Under the pieces are notes generated by a model. That model was given only the letters and a program-made list of their open reading frames with translations. It was not told the origin of the DNA and searched no databases. From positions 45,086,464 to 45,150,463 of the forward strand of contig NC_043011.1 in the NCBI RefSeq assembly GCF_006345805.1: a stretch of 64,000 bases of DNA. The letters run 5' to 3'. Positions 13,760-25,645 of this stretch are shown piece by piece (the first letter of the stretch is position 1; each line of letters begins with the position of its first letter). The stretch is from Octopus sinensis. Its lineage: Eukaryota. Made by a program: the position numbers and the translations under genes.

Positions 13760-14110
13760 ATCTTGTTCCACAGGTTCAACCACTTGGTGTTTGACACATG
13801 TTTATACAACTGATATCCTTTATACACATGGTCATGCTATTATAATCTTCTCTCTTCTACATGACACTCAGTTCCTGTTATAACTAACTTTTCTCTCTGT
13901 CCATTCGTGTTCTACTGTTCATGTATGCAAACATTACACATCCAACAGAGCAAACTCTCTTCATTTGTATGGGCCTGTCACAGATCTACATTCAAGGCCC
14001 ACATCTCCCAACCATGCAGCATCACAACAACTCATGCGCCACATAATAGCATTTGCTCTTTACTCTGAAAGAGATGCCTTTGTCACCAGCAGAGGTACTG
14101 ACACTCTTCC
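13760..14110 (-). mobile_element. Degraded RTE LINE ORF C-terminal fragment
   Basis: Minus-strand remnants resembling PLLVTK.SLRVK...MLHG.E.WA...LxWMCNV...ERRL...HV. An adjacent + strand piece near 13700-13750 reads RPRKTWDEVVKHDL. Confidence 0.65.
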
Positions 14111-14200
14111 ATTCTCTTCTATCCTGCCTATTATGCGTTAATGGTTTGGCATTTGCCCTTTAAACTTTGATTTCTCTTGTAGTGAAGTTTCTATATTTGA

Positions 14201-14374
<174 letters not shown>

Positions 14375-15254
14375 TAATGGCTTCCAGGTTTTGTTAGACC
14401 CTTGTAATATTCAATTACATACTTTTACGCTCTATATTCTAATCCCTCTGAGGGTATATTTTACCAATTGTCCTAGAGGTCAATAAAATGAAAATAAAAA
14501 TTAGTACTTAGCAAGTACCTGGGGTTGATATAAATCCACTACACCCTCTGTCCACTATTTTGTGCTGGCAGTGGTGGTGTTAGTGACAATGTGTTAGAAT
14601 TTGTATAAAATAAAACTTAATGCCTTGTGCTATTTAACTACATCCTTTTACATCCCCGGTTCAAATCCAGGGAGTGGTATTATTTTATACATCTAAAGTT
14701 TTATAAAATAAATACCAATTAGGCATGGCCATAGCTGTGTGGCTTAGAAGTTCCCTTCCAGACCACATAGTTTGAGATTCAATCCCACTATGACACCTTG
14801 AACAAGTGTCTTCTGCAGCAGCCCTTTAGCTCCAGGCCAACCAAGACCTTGTGAGTATAACATTCATGGAAAATGAATGTTAAATAATGCTGTGTGTGTG
14901 TGTCTTTGTTTTGACATTATGTGATAATTGCATGTGAGTGTCACTGTCATGCACGTGTAGCGTCATTCATTTCCAATATTCTGCCAAAATACATCTCGCA
15001 GTGGGGAAATATTAACTTGCTTTGAAACAAGCAACAGGAAGAGCACCTGGCTGTTGTAAATTTTATACTCCATTTGTCTTCTCATATATATGTATATATA
15101 TATATATATACAACCAAATCTTAGTCAGTCAGTGGAGGGACTCCACTACCTCATATGTTCTTAAAATTTAAATCCACATCTTTGTCTATATATCTACCTT
15201 CTTTATAATGTTGCCACTTGATTTGAAAATTTTTGTATTAATGGAAAACCTCTA

Positions 15255-15609
<355 letters not shown>

Positions 15610-16825
15610 TGATTGTTGTTCTCTTCTGTTGGATGTTGATGCTGTACCTTTCTGGCTTTTCGAGACAGCTTAGGTCAGGTCATCCTCTGTGTGTGTGTGT
15701 GTGTATATGAATGTCCACTATTACAAATCTGGATTGAGGGAATTAAATTGGCTACAAAAAGAACTGACCAGAGATGAGACACAAGAAACAACTTGGCCAA
15801 TTCACTGAATTTTTTGTGTGTGTGTGTGCATGCTACTAATGTACTATAGAAGAAATCTATAGATTTTGCTTTAATCAACATTATATTTGACTAGTGTAAA
15901 ATATTCTATAAATACACAGTGTGTTTGTGTACAGAACAAGAAGAAACAGTTGTATATATCAACTCTGAAGTATCATTAGCAGCTATGCAACTTCCTTCGT
16001 TGCCCACCAACACACTACTTATGAAGCCATTGATGTTTGTGGCTAAAGTGAACTGGATAGATTGATTTGCATATAGAACACTTTCTTGGCTGCTAGGTCA
16101 AATATCAAATCACTGGTGTGTTAACAGTATTTCATTTTACTAATCAATGTACTATACATAGGTGCAGGAGTGGCTGTGTGGTAAGTAGCTTGTTTACCAA
16201 TCACATGGTTCTGGGTTCAGTCCCACTGTGTGGCACCTTGGACAAGTGTCTTCTATAGCCTCAGGCCAACTAAAGCCTTGTGAGTGGATTTGGTAGACGG
16301 AAACTGAAAGAAGCCTGTCGTATATATATATGTCTGTGTTTGTGCCCCCCCCAACATTGCCTGACAACCAATGCTGATGTGTTTACATCCCTGTAAGTAC
16401 TAGGCTTACAAAGTGCTCCAGCATGGTCACAGTCAAATGACTGAAACAAGTAAAAGAGAGAGTATACAACGTATCTAAAGGTTTTTAAAACCATCACCGT
16501 GTTACAACGAATGTAAATATTACATCTATCTATACAATGTTTCCCGGTTCCACCAGGAACTGGGAATGGCTTCAACACACCACAGAATCAGCTGCCAACA
16601 GATGTGCGTGGACCACCATGACCTCTGATGTGGTGGACTCAATAGGCGCTGTCTTAACCTCTTCCAGGTAAATGCCATTACAAGACAAGACAATCTGTTT
16701 GCACAGAGATGTGTATGATCGTTTTAATGTCCACTTTTTCATGCTTGCATGGATCAGATGGAATTTGTTGACGTGAATTTTCTCTGGCTGGATGCCCTTC
16801 CTGTCACCAACCTTTGCCTGTTTCC

Positions 16826-17320
16826 AAGCAAATAAGTTTTTCTGCGGCCAGACGTATTTTCATGCAAGATTGGAAATGAAGGCCACCACTTACATGAGAG
16901 TAATACTCGTTAACAATCATCACATGATGTCAAGACAGGAAGAGAGTAACACACACACATGCACGCATACACACACACACACACACATTTTTATTACTAT
17001 TTAGCAGAAGTAACAGTGACTCAAAGTCTGAGAGTTTTGTGCATTGGCACTGAAACACACACATGTATACACCACAGTTTATACACAAGCAAAGTAGTTT
17101 TTCTGCGGCCAGACATATTTTCATGCAACATTGGAAATGAAGGCCACCACTTACATGAGAGTAATACTCGTTTACAACCATCACATGATGTCAAGACAGG
17201 AAGAGAGTAACACACACACACATATTTTTATTACTATTTAAGCAGAAGTAACAGTGACTCAAAGTCTGAGAGTTTTGTGCATTGGCACTGAAACGCACAC
17301 ATGTATACACTACAGTTTTC
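16826..17320. repeat. Tandem duplication with 260-bp period
   Basis: caagcaaa..agtttttctgcggccagac...cacatgtatacac at 16826 and 17086. Confidence 0.85.
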
Positions 17321-17523
17321 TTTCAGTTTCTATCTACCATATCCATTCACAAAGCTTTGGTCAGTCCAGGGCTATAATAGAAGACACTTGCCCAAGGTGC
17401 TACTCAGTGGGACTGAACCTAGAACCATGTGGTTGGGAAGCAAATTTCTAAACATGCTTGTATCTTACAGCCAAGCCTACACCTGTATGTATGTATGTAT
17501 GTGTGTGTGTGTGTGTGTGTGTG

Positions 17524-17803
17524 TATAATAGACTCTCTTGTTCATTTAAACATCTGATGAAGGTTTGTGTAGGACCATCTGCACGTTTTGGAGAAATTCA
17601 ACAAAAGATGGTGTACTGTGTGTCTCAACTTAATAATACTCTTTGGGTCGCATTTCAGAGTAATCGTGTGTGTTTATAATAGACTCTCTTGTTCATATCA
17701 ACATCTGATGGAGGTTTGTGTAGGACCATCTACACGTTTTGGAGAAATTCAAAAACAAATGGTCTACTGTGTGTCTCAACTTAATAATACTCTTTGGGTC
17801 CCA
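17524..17803. repeat. Tandem duplication with 151-bp period
   Basis: tataatagactctcttgttcat...aatactctttgggtc at 17524 and 17675. Confidence 0.85.
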
Positions 17804-18006
17804 TTTCTGAATAATCTTCTCCTGGAGACATACCTTTACAAGAGTTAGAGGATACCTCAGTTTCAGTAGACTTACAGTGAACTGAGACAGCAATCTAGGG
17901 TCTCTCAGTCTCGGCAGTGTAACAAGATGGCCGTTGACTCAGAAGTAGGAAATCAGCAACCATCTTAGTTATAGTGTCCAAAAACAATAGCTGTCCTTTT
18001 GACAGT

Positions 18007-18315
18007 TATTACCTCCACCTTAGCGAAGGTGGAGGTATTATTTTCAGTTGTGTTTGTTTGTTTGCTTCTTTCTTTCTTTGTCCATGGACAAAGATATCTC
18101 AAGAACCACTGGATGGATTCAGATGAAACTTTCAGAGTTGTTTGGCCTCGTGACTGGCACAAACTGATTAGATTTTGGGATCAATCTGAAAGCAGACAAG
18201 GAATCTGGATTATTTTTCCAATTTTTTTACTTAATTTTTGAGAGTATTGTCCAGCTAATCGTTGACAGGGCGTTGGTGTTGCCTTGTCAGAGGTTTGCGC
18301 TCTGAGTGCTGTTGT
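18007..18315 (+). mobile_element. Helentron-associated non-autonomous element (HINE/DINE-like)
   Basis: ttacctccaccttagcgaaggtggaggta 5' stem, (gttt)n, subterminal ccttgtcagaggt and a 3' gcgctctgagtgc hairpin. A second copy is at 52588. Confidence 0.65.
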
Positions 18316-18640
18316 TTTTGTATTGCTAAAGTGTTACACACTCACACGCAGAGGGTGGGTCATAATAATGACACATTTTCAATGCTGGTATTTTGGATTA
18401 TAGATATGACATACAGTACTAAATGTGTTCTATCATTGTGGCCCACCTTGTGTATGTATATATATATATATATATCATCATCATCATTTAACGTCCGCTT
18501 TCCATGCTAGCATGGGTTGGACGGTTCAACTGGGGTCTGGGGAGCCCAAAGGCTGCACCAGGCCAGTCAGATTTGGCAGTGTTTCTACAACTGGATGCCC
18601 TTCCTAACGCCAAACACTCCGAGAGTGTAGTGGGTGATTT

Positions 18641-19056
18641 TATGTGCCACCGACACAGGTGCCAGACGAGGCTGGCGAACGGCCACGCTCGGATGGTGTT
18701 TTTTATGTGCCACCAACACAGGTGCCAGACGAGGCTGGCAGACGGCCACGCGCGGATGGTGTTTTTTATGTGCCACCAACACAGGTGCCAGATGAGGCTG
18801 GCAGACGGCCACGCGCGGATGGTGTTTTTTATGTGCCACCAACACAGGTGCCAGACGAGGCGGGCAGACGGCCACGCGCGGATGGTGTTTTTTATGTGCC
18901 ACCGACACAGGTGCCAGACGAGGCTGGCGAACGGCCACGCTCGGATGGTGTTTTTTATGTGCCACCAACACAGGTGCCAGACGAGGCTGGCAGACGGCCA
19001 CGCTCGGATGGTGTTTTTTATGTGCCACCAACACAGGTGCCAGATGAGGCTGGCGA

Positions 19057-19061
<5 letters not shown>
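18641..19061. repeat. 63-bp minisatellite, ~6.7 copies, inside a family-C element
   Basis: Unit tatgtgccaccaacacaggtgccagacgaggctggcagacggccacgcgcggatggtgttttt with few substitutions. Confidence 0.92.
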
Positions 19062-19097
<36 letters not shown>

Positions 19098-19610
19098 TAT
19101 ATATGTATATACACAAAATACACACACTCACGGTTATTATACAAAATGGAATGAACAGGCTGGTAATTGCTGAGTGTTTTACATAGTATGACCTTATTCC
19201 ATTACAATGAGGTTGACTCTGCCTTTCATCCTCTTGGGGGTTGATAAAATAAGTACCAGTTGAGCACTAGGGTTGATGTGACCAGCTTACCAACCTCCCC
19301 AGAAATAGCTGGCCTTGAAACTAATATCCTGCAATAACTGTCTACCTGCATATCTTCAGGTGAATGGGTTCAAGCGTACTGCTTGGATCACCAAATTTCC
19401 CTTTGTTTTATGTCCAAATTCTATTTCTAGCATTGTGTTTTGTATGGTTTGTATCACTTTGGATTTCCCTGTTACTCTTTGTCAGTGGAATGTTAAAAAC
19501 AGAATATGAGTGTAAAACAATGGGGAAACTATAGGTGATCCATCAGTGTTCTAATTTATTTGTTATTCCTTTTCGAAACTTTTCATTGTTCTCTCTTCCT
19601 CCTCTTCCAG

Positions 19611-19669
19611 ACCGAGGGAATGACAACTGGCTAATAAAATATGAGACTGCTGCTGCAGGGACACCTGAC
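19611..19669 (+). CDS. PI4K2: PI4K2 exon: (D)RGNDNWLIKYETAAAGTPD
   Basis: Polypyrimidine tract plus ccag acceptor, gtaag donor, 59 nt, phase 1/0. Completes the NTDRGNDNWL motif. Confidence 0.94.
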
Positions 19670-20780
19670 GTAAGTTGTTTTTATTTCTGTTGTTGTACTG
19701 TTCACACTCTCATAAACACCAACTCTCAAGACAATCGTATATATATATATCCCTCTATAGCTAATTAACCAGACAAGTATAATGCAAAGGGAGATAATCA
19801 AATATACCAAAAGTCCAGACTTCTACACTATAAAGGGAGACAACCTAAGAACAGTAGATGTGTTGCTCAGTTCTGAAATCTTGTTGGCCTTTTTGGTAAT
19901 ATGTGAATGTACAGGTAGAGTGGACTTGAAGCATATGAATATATGGGTAATGGAAAGTCAGATATGTGATTAAGGGGCACCAGCACCTGGAAGGACAAGC
20001 TTGTGCAAAACAGTATTTCTACTTAGCTTGATGCGTCTTATCAAGTACAGCAAATCACCATGTCTCCCAGCCCTTGTCATTTCCTCAGTGAGAAAATTAT
20101 AATACAAATTGATTGAACAAGCTTTAATCCAAATCACTATAATTAATTGTTCGTGTGAATTAGCACCAGCTGGTAATTGGTGGTACTAATGTGCAGAAAC
20201 AATTGCTAGTAAATCACTTTTTTTTTTTTTGTGGAGAATAAGTTTGAGGTCTCATCATGTAACATATCTCTCTCATTCCTGACATGACCTACACTGCTGA
20301 CAGTGTAGCTTGTCAGAAGGCTCTTTCTCCGTCCATACATCCATCTATATTGTCTAATGTTTGTGGATGTGTGTATATAGAATTTATGACATTGGAAAGA
20401 ACTTACTTGGGGACTTCTCTATGGAATATATCCAGACCAGAGTTAATTATTTTATTCTTATTCCTTTGTCATTTAGTAATTAATAATACAATCTATATCA
20501 GACTAGAGTCTGGTGTAGCTTTCCAGCATGCCAGCCCAGTCAAACTGTCCAACCCATGCCAGCATGGACAACAGACATTAAACGATGATGATGATATACT
20601 TGCCTAAAACCATTGTTAAAGCATATGTATACTGAGTTCTAACAACTGGTTATTAATTACACTATGTATAAGTGAAATTATAAAATACAAACACACATAC
20701 ACAGTCATTTATATTGTTTTCTCTCTCTCTCTCACACACATTCTGTGCATATTTATAGATGTGTTTCTATATCATTACAG

Positions 20781-20877
20781 GAAGGCTGGGACATGATAGA
20801 AAACCCCCGGATATCAATTGCTGCTATTGATAATGGCCTCGCATTCCCTTTCAAACATCCCGATGAATGGCGGACCT
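20781..20877 (+). CDS. PI4K2: PI4K2 exon: [32 protein letters not shown](Y)
   Basis: tacag acceptor, gtaag donor, 97 nt, phase 0/1. AIDNGLAFP (DFG-equivalent) motif. Confidence 0.95.
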
Positions 20878-21688
20878 GTAAGTTACTGCTGTCTTTTAAC
20901 GTGCATCACACATGATCGTCATCATCATTCGATGTTCACTTTTCTATGCTTGCATGGATCAGATGTAATCTGTTGAGGTAGATTTTCTTTGGCCGGATGC
21001 CCGACTTGTTGCCAACCCTCATGCTTCTTAATCACACTTAGTGTATGTGTTTTGTTTTTTCTCATGGCTATGAGACATTGCAATGCAGGAGTTGGGGAAC
21101 TTTTTTAACCAATTACCCTAAACTATATTTATTTACATTGACATTACTCTACTTGATTTCAGAGGAAGAAAATTATAAACATAAAAAGTATAAAACAAAT
21201 GTGATAAAATAAATTGATATCCTCATTATGAAACAAAAGGATTTTTCTAGAAACTTTTTCATTTTGGGTTTTGGTGGAATGGCGTTTCATTTTTGTTACA
21301 GTTACATCAAAATTGGGGCATGTTGATGCCAGAGCAATTTTGGATAGTCTTTGGGATACAGTCAGTTTTGTTAAAAGGATGAACTGAATACCTAAATCTA
21401 CTTAAAGCAAAAACATGTGTCAAAAAATAAAGTTAAAGTGGGTAATAGACAACAGACAAATATCTGATCTGTCACTAGACAACGCCTTAGCAACCAAATT
21501 GTTTGTAGTTCAAAATGGCATGACATCTGTGAAGTGATTGGCATCAGGAAGGGCATGCAATTGTTGAAAGTATGCTGAAGCAGACATTGAGGCCTGGTGC
21601 AGCCCTCTGGCTCATCAGTTCATGTCAGACTGTCTCACCCATACCAGCGAAGAAAAAGAGCATTAAATGATGATGATCTCACACATGA

Positions 21689-21922
<234 letters not shown>

Positions 21923-22421
21923 TAATTCCTTTTAGTAGTGGTGGTGAGCGAAGCGAGGAATTCTGTACCAATCACCTCCACTCCTTTCATTTTTACAACT
22001 GGAACCTTGGGTGCTATTAATGCTTTTCACTTTTGTAATTAGTCGACCCAAATCTTGAGATACTGATGTGTCCCTGCTATGTAGTGATTCATATGTTCTG
22101 CTTCCTTCCCCATCTCCACTAGCCTTGCGAGGACCCTACTAAGGTGATGTGTGTGTATTTTTCTTGTTTTTTTTCTCATTAAGCCTTTTATAATTTCTTT
22201 TACTAATTAATACTTTGTGGTTGGAATTTCATCATCATCATCATCACCTTCAATGCTGTGCTCCAGCATGGGCACGTTACGATGACTGACACCAGTAGAA
22301 TGTTTTAAAAAGACCCCAATACTTTACAATGTGTGTGTGTATGTAGTAGTAGTTAATACCACCCCAGAGTATTAATGGTACACATGTAACATATTCTTTT
22401 TTCTTTCTAATTTTTGTTTAG

Positions 22422-22481
22422 CATGATAAAGGGTTTGATAAAGCAACATTTGAAAAGCAGATGTCAGTGATGAGAGGACAG
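22422..22481 (+). CDS. PI4K2: PI4K2 exon: HDKGFDKATFEKQMSVMRGQ
   Basis: tttag acceptor, gtgag donor, 60 nt, phase 0/0. DKGFD...FEKQMSVMRGQ is conserved in PI4KII. Confidence 0.94.
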
Positions 22482-22899
22482 GTGAGTGTGGTATTTTCTT
22501 TGCTGTTCATTTATTACCTTTATACTGATGGTGTGTATATAAGAGTGGAGTGTCTTGTCTAAGGTTTTTAACATTTTGGTTCAGGCATGAGCCACTTCTT
22601 TACCATCCTTAATACATAATATAAGGAAAGAGATTCAGAGAATCACACAGAGCCTAGAGTAAGCTTTCTGTCTGATGCATGGCTATCAAGAAAACCTGTG
22701 GTTCGGGCTGAGATGTAATCTCACCGTCATTCTGAAAATTCAAGAATTGCTGTAGTGGAAAGCATGTAAACTATTGGTTCTATTGCTTCGTTTCTCTTTC
22801 TCTGATTGCTATATACACCCCACACACGGTCATGGCCAATGATTTTGGCAAAAGCATTATTTTGCACCAAAAATATAAAAATATGCCTATCTAAGGCAG

Positions 22900-23850
22900 G
22901 AGGTTGACTTGTTTGAGCGCATACGAGCATAAGGCTATTCATCTTCCTCTCAGTATTTGCAGCAACGTCCCACTATTTTTCGAGATATCCATTCTTGCTG
23001 TACAAGAGCTTTCAACTGTTTAATATTTGTTGGTTTTTCTCTGTCAACTCTGATTTTAAGGATGGACCACAAATTTTCAATAGGATTTAAATCTGGAGAA
23101 TTTCTCAACCAAGGCTCCAAAATTTCAATATCATTATCTCCAAGATACTTTTTAATCTTTTTAGCAGTGTGGCAACGTGCTCCATCTTGTTGGAAAATGC
23201 CAGTTTCTTCTTAGTTCCCACTCAGTGGTTGGAAGGATATGGTTTTCAAGGATATTTTGGTACCATTTGGAAATCATAGAAGTGTTTTTCAATAAAACTG
23301 ACAGTGATTCAATGCTTTTGGATGAAAAGCAACCCCACACATGAATGGTTTCTAAATGTTTGACCATGGGCATGATACAGGCCTCATCATAGAATTCACC
23401 TTGTCACCTTCTGCTGAGCCTTTTCCAGACATCCCAAACACTTGAAATGTTGCTTCATCAGAAAAAAAAATCACTTTGTCACATTGTTCACTAAACCAAT
23501 TTTTATATTTTCTGCAAAAGGCAAGCCTGTCCTTGACGTTTTTCTTGGACAAAAAATGGTTTCTTTGCAGCACTCCGTGAAGTGAGACCATTGTCAAGAA
23601 GTCATTGTTGAACGGTCCTAGCTGAAGCGCTGACACCAGCTGATTCCCACTCTTTAGCAAGCTGTTTGCTGCTGGCACTTCAATTCCTCAATGAATTTCT
23701 CACTAAAGCCCTGTCTTGGCAGTCAGAGGACAGACGTTGATGACTAGGGGGCCTTCTTCACCATCATGGATCCTGTCTCTTGGAAAGTTTTATAATCTTG
23801 TACACAGATCTTTCAGGTGCACAATAATGCTCGATTAATTCTTAACGATG
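22900..23850 (-). pseudogene. Frameshifted Tc1-like transposase relic in a PI4K2 intron (DD35E spacing)
   Basis: Minus-strand fragments FLSKKNVKDRLAFCRKYKNW..KVIFFSDEATF, VKHLETIHVWGCFS and IFQQDGARCHTAK...EPWLRNSPDLNPIENLWSIL. Boundaries are approximate. Confidence 0.9.
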
Positions 23851-24019
23851 TGAGTAAATAAGCAAGTGCACCTGTATCATTGTTGTTTCTTTTTGTTGGC
23901 CAAACATGGTAACTATGATTGTTCAAAGTCTGTGTGCTCTTTTTATTCCGTTGCTTCTCAACCACATGGTTCTGAGTTCAGTCCCACTCCACGACACCTT
24001 GAAGAAGTGTTCTCTAGTA

Positions 24020-24216
24020 CAGTGCTCTGCAACTGGTATGCCATGGCACTCTGGTGTGCCACGAGACGATGTGTGCCGCTAGGTGTGCTGCAGTGTAACT
24101 GAACATTTAAAAAAATTTTCCCCTATACTTTTAGTTACATTTTTAGTACGGGTGCGCCGCTGAATTTTGAAAAGAATATAAGTATATCGCAAGTGAAAAA
24201 AGGTTGTGGAGCCCTG
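24020..24216. mobile_element. hAT-type MITE inserted in a SINE
   Basis: TIRs cagtgctctgcaac / gttgtggagccctg. Perfect 8-bp TSD ctctagta (24012-24019, 24217-24224). Confidence 0.85.
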
Positions 24217-24599
24217 CTCTAGTATACCCTCAGGCTAACCAAAGCCTTGTGAGTGAATTTGGTTGATGGAAACTGAAAGAAGCCGACAATGTGTGTGCAT
24301 ACCTCTTTGCCTTGATATTCCTTGAAAGTTGTAAATGAGTGTCAATCTCATAAATAGTGTCATTCATTTCTAATATTTTGTAAGAGCATATCTAGCCATG
24401 GGTTAAATTCTACCTTGCTTGGAAACAGGTGAAGGTTAGCAACAGAAAGTGCATCCAACCATAGAAAATCTGCTTCAAACTTCACCCACCCCATACAAGC
24501 ATGGAAAAGTGGGTATTGAATGATGATGTTTTGCTGTCTTCCATGTATATGGGTTTACTTGTATTTGTTGTTTCCGGTTGCTGATAAGGGTGACTGTAG

Positions 24600-24900
24600 T
24601 TTTTTGTAGGTCTTATTTTAAATGATTGAGGTAAGGCTGGAATTGTTTTTAGTACAGTAATATCTGGGTGACATGGGATATAATTAATATCATCTGTGCA
24701 TGAAGTTTTGTTAATTTTGTTTAATTTTTCTGTCAGCTCCATCATCTGTGCATGATTTTGCGGATATGTTGGAAGACTGTGCAGATATAAATTAAAGAGT
24801 GGATGAGAGAACTGCTCCTTGTGGTACCCCATTTTTAAAGGATTCTAGATATTGTTGTGCTACAACACAGCTTTGGTGAGATGACTAATAGTTTGCCAGT
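24600..24900 (-). mobile_element. Degraded non-LTR reverse transcriptase fragment
   Basis: KNGVPQGAVLS / LFNLYLHSLP / SCTDDI (decayed YADD) across a frameshift. Confidence 0.7.
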
Positions 24901-25214
24901 CAACATTTTGTTATTTCAAGAGAATTGAAGAATAGAATCAAAAGCCAGACTGCTGTCACAAAAAATTGTGGCTGTAACTTCTAAATTTATTTATTTGTGT
25001 TGTGTCTGGGGAGAGTCATTTTTTTTTTGTGCCTTATTATGTAACACACTCACCGGTAAAAATTTCCACTTATTTCTTATTTCTATTTTCCTAAAATTTT
25101 CGTTGCGTCTTGCAACCTTTACAATAGTCTTGACTCTGTCCGTTATTTACACTGCATTCCCTTTTGTTTGTGTTTTCTATTTTAATATCTCTTTCCTCTC
25201 TTTTCTGTTTTTAG

Positions 25215-25370
25215 ATAATAAATATACAACGAGCTCTACAAAATGGCAAGTCTCCTGTAGAATTAGTTCAAATGCCTGTGGTAACGGTGGAGCGAACATC
25301 AAACTTGGTTGGTTATCCTCGATTTACACAAAGTTTTGCTCACAGGGCACCGTTCTTTTCTTGGTGCTGA
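25215..25370 (+). CDS. PI4K2: PI4K2 terminal coding exon: IINIQRALQNGKSPVELVQMP...FTQSFAHRAPFFSWC*
   Basis: tttag acceptor, 156 nt ending in TGA. KSPxxLVQMP and the PFFSWC C-terminus are typical of PI4KII. The eight exons sum to 993 nt in one frame. Confidence 0.95.
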   Translation: MINIQRALQNGKSPVELVQMPVVTVERTSNLVGYPRFTQSFAHRAPFFSWC

Positions 25371-25377
25371 CATGACT

Positions 25378-25645
25378 CAGTGTTGCTGTCATCATTTGGT
25401 GTTGCTGTCATCACTTGCTGTCTCGGTCATTGCTAAGTGATGCTGACATCACCTGATGTCACTCATCACCTGGTATCAGCCACCGCCTGGTTTTCTTGCT
25501 ATTAAACAGGTACATGTGATGTTTTCATCAACTGTGAAATTCTGACATTACCAGGTGAGGTGGTTGTCATTACCAGGTGTGGCTGTCATCATTGCTAGGT
25601 GAGGCTGTCATTATCACCTGGTGTTCCTGTCATCACCAGGTGATA
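25378..25645. repeat. Degenerate ~20-bp tandem repeat immediately after the PI4K2 stop
   Basis: Recurring ggtg(t/a)(t/g)gctgtcat(c/t)a(c/t)c units. Confidence 0.7.

Noticed and set aside
18641-19061. CRISPR-like array
   Set aside because: Units are contiguous with no unique spacers, the context is eukaryotic, and there are no cas genes. The same applies to the 27-, 40- and 15-bp arrays.
18488-19186. Four overlapping 180-218 aa ORFs
   Set aside because: They arise from a 63-bp minisatellite lacking stops inside a SINE. There are no splice signals or protein homology.
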